A stretch of 64,000 nt of DNA from Gammaproteobacteria bacterium (GTDB lineage Bacteria > Pseudomonadota > Gammaproteobacteria > Ga0077536): assembly GCA_963662545.2 (NCBI GenBank), contig CAXXLL010000002.1, positions 2,527,135-2,591,134 on the forward strand, read 5' to 3'. This document shows, in pieces, positions 53,084 to 61,910 of this stretch. Position 1 is the stretch's first letter, and every line of letters starts with the position of its first letter. The notes under the pieces were generated by a model. That model made no database searches and was not told the DNA's origin. It saw only the letters and a program-made list of their open reading frames with translations. The position numbers and the translations under genes were made by a program.

Positions 53084-53791
53084 CTATTCAGCGCGCTGCT
53101 TATCCCAGCCGTTCCAGAACGTCACATCGCGCGCCGGGAAGCGTTTCGCGGGTCTTAAATCGCCACCCTTGAGCCAGGCGACCGGTAGCAGTACCGCCTG
53201 CGTGTAATGCGCAGGAACGCCGAGAAGTTCCTGGATCTCTTTTTCATACATCAGAGTGAATGTCGTCCAGGCCGACGCAACTCCGCGCGCGCGGAGCGCC
53301 AGCATCAACGACCAGGCCGCCGGTAGAATGGACCCCCACATGGAGCCTTGGGTAAAGACATCTTCGTGGTCGAAGCGGTTTTCCAGGAAAAGCATGATGT
53401 GTACGGGGACGCGGTGCAGATTTTCTATTAAATGGACCGCCGATTTGACGATTAGAGGCATTCTTTGCTGACGCGGGTCGTCGTCAGGGTACTGTTTATC
53501 GACGGCCACGCCGGTGCGCGTTACTCCGGTTTCACCGGCCAGGTAACGCTCCGCCCCCTGGCGATACAGGTCAGCTATACCCGAGCGTAAATGTTCATCC
53601 GTGACTACGACGAAGCGCCAGGTCTGAGAATTCGCTCCGGTCGGTGCCTGGAGCGCCACTTCGATCGCTTCTTCGATCAGTGATTCCGGAACGGATCGCT
53701 CGAGGTCGAGGCGCAGACGGACCGTGCGCGTGGTCTTCATAACATGATCGACGCTTGCGAGGTCGATTTTCTTGGGGGCTTGCTCCGCCAT
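53084..53791 (-). CDS. Nitroreductase family protein
   Basis: TTRTVR, QAPTGANSQTWRFVVV, LALRARGVASAW. Confidence 0.9.
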   Translation of the reverse strand: MAEQAPKKIDLASVDHVMKTTRTVRLRLDLERSVPESLIEEAIEVALQAPTGANSQTWRFVVVTDEHLRSGIADLYRQGAERYLAGETGVTRTGVAVDKQYPDDDPRQQRMPLIVKSAVHLIENLHRVPVHIMLFLENRFDHEDVFTQGSMWGSILPAAWSLMLALRARGVASAWTTFTLMYEKEIQELLGVPAHYTQAVLLPVAWLKGGDLRPAKRFPARDVTFWNGWDKQRAE

Positions 53792-53930
53792 ATCTGCTCT
53801 CCAAGTTCGTTGTGCGAACGGGGACGGATAGCCGTCTCCGACATATTACACAGGCGTTGCTCCGACGCCGCTGTGATTCGATATCATTGCGCCGCTCTTT
53901 GTCTGCCAAGTGGCGCAGCGCGTCCAATTG

Positions 53931-54797
53931 TTAGTCGTTCAGTTCAACCGTGTCGCCCTGTTTGATTTCACCGGGCACGCGCACATGGGCGCCAACGCCA
54001 AGGCATTGGTCGCCTTCCTTCACCACAGTGCGCAATATCGATTTGTCATATTCGATATCGGCTTGTGGTCTTACGGTCATACCGCAACGCACCGTCGGCA
54101 TGGTGATCTCGAGGGTTGCCGAGCCGATCGCCAGAGTCTTGCCGACCCAGTCGTTTTCGACCAGGCCCGTTACCGCCGGGTCGGTCTCGATGTAGAAGTT
54201 CGGACGAAAACGCCGGATATCCCAGTTCGCGCCGGGATTTTTCCTGCGCATGTAGTCCATCGACGCCGTGGTGATCATATGGATCTCCTCATTGTCGAAA
54301 AAAGTGCCGGGGACCGCGACATGATCCATCAGCACCTCTGGGAACAGAGACATCTCCGGTACCGGTTCGCCCGGCTCGCGCGCGAAAAGCTCCGTCATTT
54401 CCTCAAGGAATACTTGTTCGTCCGGTTTGTGGCGCTTGTAGAATTCGAGATTGCTAGCTGGTTCGATTGCGCGCAACGTCGCATCACGCTCGATCAATTC
54501 GCTCAGTTTAGCGTTGACCCGCGCATCGTCGCTGCCGATCGTTTGCCCGTCGGGGAACGTGATAACGACCGGTGTGATCGCATCATCGCTCGGCTCGGCG
54601 CGATACCGCGCCGAGCACAGCATGAGCTGCGGATAACGCTTGCCCCATGTAATCTCCGCCCGTCCCTCGTCGCGCATCGCCCAGCACCGGTCACCCGCGA
54701 CGCCGGTTTGAGTGACCTTGCAGCGCTCGATTGTGTCGCCCTGCATCGATTTCACCGGAAAACGCCAAATCTCCTTTATCACTCCAACGCGCGCCAT
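53931..54797 (-). CDS. MOSC domain protein
   Basis: WRFPVKSMQG, GDR.WA, RRFRPN, RCGM. Confidence 0.92.
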   Translation of the reverse strand: MARVGVIKEIWRFPVKSMQGDTIERCKVTQTGVAGDRCWAMRDEGRAEITWGKRYPQLMLCSARYRAEPSDDAITPVVITFPDGQTIGSDDARVNAKLSELIERDATLRAIEPASNLEFYKRHKPDEQVFLEEMTELFAREPGEPVPEMSLFPEVLMDHVAVPGTFFDNEEIHMITTASMDYMRRKNPGANWDIRRFRPNFYIETDPAVTGLVENDWVGKTLAIGSATLEITMPTVRCGMTVRPQADIEYDKSILRTVVKEGDQCLGVGAHVRVPGEIKQGDTVELND

Positions 54798-54913
54798 ATT
54801 CGACTCCTCGCCACTATTGCTGTATGCCCACTGTCAAGAGTAACTCCGTTAGACACCCGCGCGCACTTCAAATCGATGCCCGTCGAATAATCGAGCTCAG
54901 AGCAACAACTCAT

Positions 54914-55222
54914 AAGGTCTGTTATTGGCCGAGGCTGTGTCAAAAGTATTTTCGAATTTTGAAAGTGGGAGAAGTTTAACCCGATTCGCCTACCTTAGGC
55001 GGTGCGTTCCCTTAATCAATCGTGCATAACAACCTAAGTGGGGAAAATTTTCGCGGCGGGCTCCATTTTTCGACTTTTGACACAGCCTCGGCCGGAAGCC
55101 GAAGTCACCTCCAGCGATGTTTTCTAAACAAGCTGAATGGCCGCTTACGAGCGCATTGCAGACCTGACCCCAAGCAGTGCTGCACTGCCGCGAGGAGGCG
55201 GCTGACGACCCATTTCAGCCAC
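54914..55222 (+). repeat. Composite repeat R7 (unit 0 interrupted by MITE; A+B intact)
   Basis: ggtctgttattGGCC[MITE]GGCCggaagccgaagt-33nt-ggccgcttacgagcgcattgcagacct-31nt-ggcggctgacgacccatttcagcc. Confidence 0.88.
54931..55089. mobile_element. 159-bp IS1182-type MITE, second subfamily
   Basis: Inverted repeats gaggctgtgtcaaaagt / acttttgacacagcctc, GGCC duplication. Confidence 0.9.
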
Positions 55223-55328
55223 CCAAGCGAAATTTTCTCGACTTGCTGGCTGAGTTGACCGAGAGTCTCCCAGAGCGCCCGCGAAGAACATTGTACAATC
55301 CACTTCGACGCACAAGGGAGGAATCACC

Positions 55329-55706
55329 ATGTCAGAACGACACACCGAACTTTACGCAATCACATTGAAATTCCTCGACGCATTCAATCGTAACGATCTC
55401 GATGACGTCATGTCATTTTTCTCCAATGAAGCCGTTTATGAAGAGCTGCATGGCAAGATTAACGACGGCAAGGACGCGATTCGCGAAGCCTTTGTTCCCC
55501 AATTCGAAGGAAAGTTCGGCAAAATGGAGTTTATAGAAGACGACACTTTTATTGACGCTGACGCCGGCAAGATCATGAGCGGTTGGGATCTGCATATGGA
55601 AAAAGACGGCGGGCCAGTGGTGGTGAAAGGGCTTGATCTGCTTTACTTCGAGGGCGATAAAATTGTACGCAAGCAGACGTTTGTGAAGCAGAAAGATCCG
55701 TTGTAA
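55329..55706 (+). CDS. SnoaL/NTF2-like protein
   Basis: FLDAFNRNDLD.VM.FF..AVY, G.DL..FEGDKI. Confidence 0.85.
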   Translation: MSERHTELYAITLKFLDAFNRNDLDDVMSFFSNEAVYEELHGKINDGKDAIREAFVPQFEGKFGKMEFIEDDTFIDADAGKIMSGWDLHMEKDGGPVVVKGLDLLYFEGDKIVRKQTFVKQKDPL

Positions 55707-55821
55707 GAGAGACGCTCTGTAAGCCGGGGCCGAATCGACTCGATAAATAAATGGGGCCAAGCAAACACGACCGTGAACGCCGTGAATTTTTACTCTGGCC
55801 CCGAGGGATGAGGAGAGCGAG

Positions 55822-56316
55822 ATGACACTGCCTGATTCTGCAATCCTGCTCCGGCGTGGAGAGGGCGACTATGTGACCATCGGGACCGGCACTCGCTGTA
55901 CCTTTAAGCTCAGGGGGGAAAACACGGACGGGCATTTCGGTCTGTTCGAGTATGTGATGGAGCCTGGGACTGAAGGACCGCGGCGCCATATCCATCGTCA
56001 GATGGCGGAAATCTTCTACGTGGTCGAAGGAGAGCTCGAATTCATCGTTGGAGACGAGAAGATCACGGCCCGGGCCGGTACGACCGCCCTCGTCCCCAAG
56101 GAGGTTGTGCATGCCTTTTCCAACCCGGGCCCGCAGCGCTCGGTGTTGCTGGTTATGTTTTGCCCGGCAGACTCGCGTGAGAAATACTTCGAGGGGCTGG
56201 CTGAACTCCTCAAAGACGGGCAAGCGTCGGATCAAGAAGCCTTACTGGAGTTGATGCGGCAACATGACACCGAGCCGGTGGCGGAACCGCTCTATGGAGA
56301 AATAGATGCGCCGTAA
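55822..56316 (+). CDS. Cupin domain protein
   Basis: HIH...EIFYVVEG, VP..VVHAFSN. Confidence 0.88.
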   Translation: MTLPDSAILLRRGEGDYVTIGTGTRCTFKLRGENTDGHFGLFEYVMEPGTEGPRRHIHRQMAEIFYVVEGELEFIVGDEKITARAGTTALVPKEVVHAFSNPGPQRSVLLVMFCPADSREKYFEGLAELLKDGQASDQEALLELMRQHDTEPVAEPLYGEIDAP

Positions 56317-56368
56317 AGGAAGCTAGTGTGCTGTCCCGCAAGAAACTTACGCTCAAATAAATCTGTCC

Positions 56369-57721
56369 CTGAAGGCTCCCCACGAATTGAAGGAGAATTC
56401 ACATAAAAAATAGCCATTTAGAAAAATAAATAGCGAACAATAGGGAACATGCATGACGTTCGGTGATCAATAACGGTGACGAAACCAAATTGGTCACGGG
56501 AGAACGCCATGCATGCACTGAGATTGTTGCACAAAATAATGGGGCAAGCCTGTCCGCAGATACACGCGGTAAGGCTAACGGCATTGATGGCGAGCGTTGA
56601 GGCCCTTTTGGTCGGCCGTCAGATGAGCTTAGCCGGTCTTGGTCGCGCCTTGCTGTCGGGGGCGCGAGTCAAACACAACATCAAGCGAGTCGACCGGTTA
56701 ATTGGCAACCGTCATCTGTGGGGAGAACGAACGGAACTCTATGGGGCGATGGCGGGGCTGGTGCTTGGACAAGGACCACGTCCGGTAATTATTCTGGACT
56801 GGTCGGATATGCGCGAAGATCGGTCATGGCAGTTGTTGCGTGCGGCGGTTCCGGTGGGAGGCCGTTCACTGACGCTCTACGAAGAAGTACATCCCTTGTC
56901 GGCGTATGACAACCGGGGTGTCAGGAAACGGTTTCTGGAGCGTCTTCGAGAGATCTTACCACCGGGGTGTCGCCCGCTCTTAGTCACGGATGCCGGCTTC
57001 CGGACGACTTGGTTTAGACAGGTCGAAGCAATGGGTTGGGACTGGGTCGGTCGGGTCCGCGGGCGCACCCATTTCCGGCTGGACAACCAGGCAAGCTGGC
57101 AACCGTGCCGGACGTTGCATGCGATGGCCAACTCACGTGTGCGGCATATCGGGACAGTCGAACTAACGGTATCGAATCCATTGGCCTGTGACCTGTACCT
57201 GGTGAAGAAGAAAAAGCGTGGCCGTCAACAACTGACCTGCCGCGGCACGCGTGCCCGTGGTGGCCGCAGCCTTAGCTGTGAACGACGCCAGCGCGAACCC
57301 TGGATATTGGTCACCTCACTGGGGTCGCGCGCGGCCCAGCAGGTGATGCGGTGTTATCAGTTGCGCATGCAGATTGAGGAGAGTTTCCGGGATATGAAAA
57401 ATGCCCGTTTGGGACTGCACTTCCGCAGCGCGCGTTCCAACAGCGCCGAGCGGCTCTCGATCCTCGTCCTGATTGGTACGTTGGCAACATTAGTCGCTTG
57501 GTTAGTCGGCCAAGCGATGCAGCGTTTCGGGCTGCAGCGCCATTACCAGGCCAATACAACCCGGCATCGGCCGGTACTCTCCACCGTCTTTCTGGGCTTG
57601 CAAAGTTTTTGCAGGCAACCCGTAAAGCTTATGCTGGCAGACATCAAGCAATCGATTATCGCCTTACACCAAAATACCGCAAACCCGTTGCGTTATGCGT
57701 AAGTTCGTGGGGATCCTTCAG
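56369..57721 (+). mobile_element. IS4-family (IS10-like) element
   Basis: Inverted repeats ctgaaggctccccacgaa / ttcgtggggatccttcag; 9-bp duplication aatctgtcc. Confidence 0.93.
56509..57702 (+). CDS. IS4-family transposase
   Basis: ILDWS, TDAGFR, YQLRMQIEESFRDMK (YREK). Confidence 0.93.
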   Translation: MHALRLLHKIMGQACPQIHAVRLTALMASVEALLVGRQMSLAGLGRALLSGARVKHNIKRVDRLIGNRHLWGERTELYGAMAGLVLGQGPRPVIILDWSDMREDRSWQLLRAAVPVGGRSLTLYEEVHPLSAYDNRGVRKRFLERLREILPPGCRPLLVTDAGFRTTWFRQVEAMGWDWVGRVRGRTHFRLDNQASWQPCRTLHAMANSRVRHIGTVELTVSNPLACDLYLVKKKKRGRQQLTCRGTRARGGRSLSCERRQREPWILVTSLGSRAAQQVMRCYQLRMQIEESFRDMKNARLGLHFRSARSNSAERLSILVLIGTLATLVAWLVGQAMQRFGLQRHYQANTTRHRPVLSTVFLGLQSFCRQPVKLMLADIKQSIIALHQNTANPLRYA

Positions 57722-57725
57722 AATC

Positions 57726-57856
57726 TGTCCCCTTTGGCAGAGAGCCGAAGTTGCCGCCGCCGCTCACTGTTACGTAAGTCGAGTGACCGCTTACAAGCGC
57801 ATTGCAGACGTAATCTAGGGCGGTGCTGCACTGCCGCGATTAGGCCGCTGACGACC
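57726..57856 (+). repeat. Composite repeat R8 (right arm resumes at 59542-59557)
   Basis: ttggcagagagccgaagt-33nt-gaccgcttacaagcgcattgcagacgt-31nt-ggccgctgacGACC. Confidence 0.88.
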
Positions 57857-59541
57857 CAGAGTGTGTGAAAACTCGGAATGAAGAGGAATCACGTCGAGAA
57901 CTCCTCGTCAGACGCAACGCGGCGCGGTTACGACGGCCGCGCTCGCGGTCCAATGCGATCGGTTAGTTAATGGAACATTCCTTAGAACGGCCCCAGAAGC
58001 CGGCAGTGAAGCCGTGGATCAGGGAGTTTTCGAGGCCACAGAGGGTCTCATGCCGTCATCGCTTCGATGAGCGTAGCGACACCCAGTAGATTCATCACGC
58101 GTTTCATGTTGTAAGCGAGCACGTGCAGACTCATTTCCGTACCAACGTGTTTCAGCGTGCGCATCTGGAAGTGGGTCGAACCCATCCAGGATTTGATCGT
58201 GCCAAATGGATGCTCGACCGTCTCTCGGCGGACACGCATAGGGTCAGGTTCACGATCCAATCGCGCCTGCACCGCTTCAACAACCGCTTCATGTTCCCAA
58301 CGGCTGACGCGCCGGTATCGACCCGTTGTGCATTTAGATTTGATCGGGCAGCGGGGACACGCCGAACTCCAGTAGCGCCGGATCTGCTTGCCTTTCTCCA
58401 CTCGGGTGAACCGGTAAATCAGTCGCTCACCGGCCGGGCATTCATACGCATCCTCTTCGGGTTGGTAAATGAAGTCGCGCTTGCCAAACAAGCCCTTCGC
58501 CTGGTTACCCGAGGTCTGCGGTTTCGGCAGATAGGTCGTGATGCCGGCTTTAGCGCACGCCAAGATCTCTTCGCCACTGAAGTACCCGCGATCCGCAACG
58601 ACGGTCAACTCCTTCTTATCCAGCGCCTCTTTGGCTTTCTCCGACATGTTCGACAGTTGCGCCCGGTCATGACCTACGTTCGTCACTTCATGTGCCACAA
58701 TCAGATGACTCTTCGTGTCGACCGCCGTCTGCACGTTGTACCCCACCATGCCGCTGCCACGGCCGCTCGTCGCCATCGAGCGCGCGTCCGGGTCCGTCAG
58801 TGAGACCTGATGGTCCGGCGTCTCCTCGAGCCGTACCTCGAGCTTTTTTAGGCGGCCTATCTCTTCCTTCAGTACCTCGATCTTGTCCTTCAAACGCTGC
58901 GACTTGTCACCTGACACCGCACGCTCCTGGCGGTCGGCACTTGCAATTTCCGCCAGGTACCGCTCAACGCTCTCGTCAATCTGCTGCAACCGACGTTTCA
59001 GCTTCGCCTTCGTGAAGTTCCGGTCACGGTTGTTTACCGCTTTGAACTTGCTGCCATCTATCGCCACGAAGGCTTCCGAAAACAGCTGCAGCTTACGGCA
59101 CAGCATCACGAACTCCCGGCATACCAGACGAATGGCGTCACCGTTATCTTTGCGGAAATCGGCAATGGTCTTGAAATCAGGCGCCAGACGACCCGTCAGC
59201 CACATCAGTTCCACGTTCCGCTGCGCCTCCCGTTCCAGGCGACGGCTCGATTGAACCCGGTTCAGGTAACCGTAGATATAGAGCTTCAGCATCGTCGCCG
59301 GGTGATACCCCGGTCGACCCGTCTCATGCGCATCGGTTCTGAAACTCAGACCTGACAGATCCAACTCATCGACGAACACATCGATGACCCGCACCGCACT
59401 CTCCTCAGCGACATAATCGTCCAGACACTCGGGAAACAGCGTTGTTTGGCGGCGGTCCGCGCCTTCAATGAACCCGCTCATCAACGACTCCCCAGGACCG
59501 AAAGAGTGATCTTATCTGATGCAGAGTTTTCACACACTCTG
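57857..59541 (-). mobile_element. IS1182-family element copy 3
   Basis: Same ends, length and protein; GACC duplication. Confidence 0.95.
58048..59484 (-). CDS. IS1182 transposase
   Basis: Same 478-aa translation. Confidence 0.95.
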   Translation of the reverse strand: MMSGFIEGADRRQTTLFPECLDDYVAEESAVRVIDVFVDELDLSGLSFRTDAHETGRPGYHPATMLKLYIYGYLNRVQSSRRLEREAQRNVELMWLTGRLAPDFKTIADFRKDNGDAIRLVCREFVMLCRKLQLFSEAFVAIDGSKFKAVNNRDRNFTKAKLKRRLQQIDESVERYLAEIASADRQERAVSGDKSQRLKDKIEVLKEEIGRLKKLEVRLEETPDHQVSLTDPDARSMATSGRGSGMVGYNVQTAVDTKSHLIVAHEVTNVGHDRAQLSNMSEKAKEALDKKELTVVADRGYFSGEEILACAKAGITTYLPKPQTSGNQAKGLFGKRDFIYQPEEDAYECPAGERLIYRFTRVEKGKQIRRYWSSACPRCPIKSKCTTGRYRRVSRWEHEAVVEAVQARLDREPDPMRVRRETVEHPFGTIKSWMGSTHFQMRTLKHVGTEMSLHVLAYNMKRVMNLLGVATLIEAMTA

Positions 59542-59782
59542 GACCCTTATGCGACATTCGTCGATTTCGACAACTACCCTAATAGAAAGCAGCGCGGCCT
59601 TCGGAAAGGCGGTAAGCAAAGCGGGCAACACCGTTGTCGCGGCGCCCATAACTGGGCGCAGACTGGGAAGCCCGGAGGTCATCGTTTTCGTTCAAATTTC
59701 GGTGACCGAGGGATTAGAATTCGAATCCTGACGAGAATATCGTCCCTCCATCACCCTTTTTTCCGAAGGAACCGACTAAATC

Positions 59783-60688
59783 ATGATTGAAGCGCACGAG
59801 ACCTTCGACGGCACCTGGCCGTTTGCTCCGAATTTCTTCCACGGCAACGGCTTTGCGATGCACTACGTGGATGAAAACCCCGAAGGCACAGAGACGTTTC
59901 TTTGCGTCCACGGAGAACCTACCTGGGGCTACCTCTACCGGAACATCATTCCACGATTGGCGAGGCATGGCCGCGTGGTGGTCCCGGATCAGATGGGCTT
60001 CGGCAAAAGCGAAACGCCACAGGACCGTCGATACACCATCGAAGAGCACTGCGAGAATTTGGACAAGCTGGTACTCGAGCTTGATTTAACCAACCTGACG
60101 TTGGTGCTGCAGGACTGGGGTGGGCCGATAGGCAGTGCGGTTGCATACCGCCACCCTGAAAGGGTCAAACGGCTTTGCGTCATGAATGCGATTGTCGGTG
60201 GCCGCTCCAAGGAAAGCTCGTCTGTGTTCAGCACATCACCGTGGCCCGTGTGGGTTGCCGGGCCTTCTTTTGAACCGACCATCCACAACTTGAACAGTAC
60301 CGTGCTGTCGGTAATGAAACGCGTCGGTTTCGAACGCACTGCCGATATCGACGAGACTTGGGTTCGCGCCTACGCCGCGCCCTTCCCAACGCCTGAGTCA
60401 TGTATAGCGGCCTACCGCTTTCCGCAATGTATCGCCGACAGGGAAACGGTGGATTACCTCAAATCCATCCGCACGCCGGAGGCCGTCGCTTCGGTAAAGC
60501 AAAAGCCCGCCATGATGGTGTTCGGCGAGGCCGACCGCGCGCTGCCTCAATCATTTACCATCGGGTGTTTTAAAGATTTGTGGCCCGACGCGCCGGTTGT
60601 CACGCTACCTGGCGTCGGGCATTTTCTACAGGAGGATGCGCCGGAGACGGTGTCGGCGCTGATTGAACAGTTTGTCCAGATGACGTGA
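59783..60688 (+). CDS. Haloalkane dehalogenase-like alpha/beta hydrolase
   Basis: HGEPTWGYLYR, QDWGG nucleophile elbow, GHFLQEDAP. Confidence 0.85.
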   Translation: MIEAHETFDGTWPFAPNFFHGNGFAMHYVDENPEGTETFLCVHGEPTWGYLYRNIIPRLARHGRVVVPDQMGFGKSETPQDRRYTIEEHCENLDKLVLELDLTNLTLVLQDWGGPIGSAVAYRHPERVKRLCVMNAIVGGRSKESSSVFSTSPWPVWVAGPSFEPTIHNLNSTVLSVMKRVGFERTADIDETWVRAYAAPFPTPESCIAAYRFPQCIADRETVDYLKSIRTPEAVASVKQKPAMMVFGEADRALPQSFTIGCFKDLWPDAPVVTLPGVGHFLQEDAPETVSALIEQFVQMT

Positions 60689-60868
60689 TGACGATGACTT
60701 GCGCCTTTAAGGAACCTCTGAACAGTAATTATCTCGGTCCGTATAAAAATAACGGGCGAACATCATTTAGAAACCCAGTAACAGTGTTTATTTCCATGGT
60801 GACGGGAGTTTAGCGCGAGGATCTGCCCGGCGGTCAACCATTTTTATACAGACAGCGCGACGGACTTA

Positions 60869-61177
60869 ACGTTTGTTGTTGGCCGAGAACCGTCCTGCTC
60901 CGCTAACGTTCCGCCCAATGCTACTCGACGACCGCTTTCGGGCGCATAGAAGACGTAACGTTTAGCAATGCTGCATTGCCGCGAGGCGGCGGCTCACGAC
61001 CCAGAGTGTGTGAAAACTATTTTCATTTTTCAAAAGTGGGGGAACTACCCTCGAAATTGGATCTAATTGAAATGCCGATCCCTATTCGAGGGGCATAACA
61101 ACTATGCTGGTGGGGAATATTTTTATTTCGTCGTCGTATTTTTGAGTTTTCACACAGTCTGGACCCTTTGCGGACAT
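60869..61177 (+). repeat. Composite repeat R9 (unit B interrupted by MITE)
   Basis: ttggccgagaaccgtcct-33nt-gaccgctttcgggcgcatagaagacgt-31nt-ggcggctcacGACC[MITE]GACCctttgcggacat. Confidence 0.88.
61002..61161. mobile_element. 160-bp IS1182-type MITE, copy 3
   Basis: Interior matches copies 1 and 2; GACC duplication. Confidence 0.92.
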
Positions 61178-61214
61178 TTAGCGGCCGACCATGACTTCCA
61201 ATTCGATCAGTTTG

Positions 61215-61484
61215 CTAGGCATTTCTGTGCATTTCGTTCACGAGGTCTTGAAAAGAATTACTTACAAAGTTTTTTTGGCGCTCCCAAGATTCCCTTCCGC
61301 CAGCGGTATTTACGATGAATTCTATCGTTCTGTATGTTGCAGACCAGTGATCTTCATCGAGTGCTTGTGATCGTTTTTGATGGTATTGAATATCACTTTC
61401 GCGAAATGCCTGCAGCATAATCAAGTCGAACCGGCCTCTATCTTCTGCAGCCTGGTTCTGGTCCGGGGAGAGTACGGGAATCAC
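61215..61484 (-). pseudogene. C-terminal fragment of a family-X protein
   Basis: RFD...YHQ...LDEDHW...TAGGRESW...SFQDLVNE. Confidence 0.65.
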
Positions 61485-61498
61485 ACCCCGTATAATGG

Positions 61499-61700
61499 CT
61501 ACGTCGTAGGTTCCTTCAGCTTTTCGGCGCCAATCTCGGTCGGTCGCAACTGAATGCGAGACTTGTGCCCAGCTTCGCTGATATAACGCTCCGCAACTGC
61601 GACCGTGCTGGGAAGGTCAGCGAGCGTGATCGACAAGTTGGGCCACGCTTCTGCCATCGCCACTGAAACGCCGCCGGAGCCGACCCCCTCGCGAAGTGAT
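61499..61700 (-). pseudogene. O-methyltransferase internal fragment
   Basis: GVGSGG.S.AMAEAWPNL..TLADLP. Confidence 0.65.
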
Positions 61701-61910
61701 GTCTGAGTCTCCATGAATTCTGCTGGTAGGCTTCTGCTAGGGCAGTGGCTCGATTTCTCACGATAATTCCGCCGTATTTATGAGAAGAAGCCATGTCCGA
61801 TCGCCGTTGCTTTCTCGAGGGATTTTCGTGTCAGGTCAAAGATTCGATAAGACTACGACGCTCTGAGATGGTGATGCAGGTACTCATCCAATATCGACCG
61901 GGGGAAGACG

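Noticed and set aside
47560-59541. Three matching IS1182 copies as an assembly artefact
   Set aside because: Each copy has distinct flanks and its own GACC duplication. The order of the modules between them still deserves a long-read check.
60708-60722. Third copy of MITE family A
   Set aside because: Only one terminal repeat (ggaacctctgaa) is visible, with no matching interior or second end.
42245-61177. CRISPR interpretation of the ~27-bp units with 31-33 nt spacers
   Set aside because: Units are degenerate and at most three in a row, the A-B spacer is conserved between loci, and no cas genes are present.
40107-61484. Intact integron or CALIN
   Set aside because: No intI, attC-like sites are partial, and cargo lies in both orientations.
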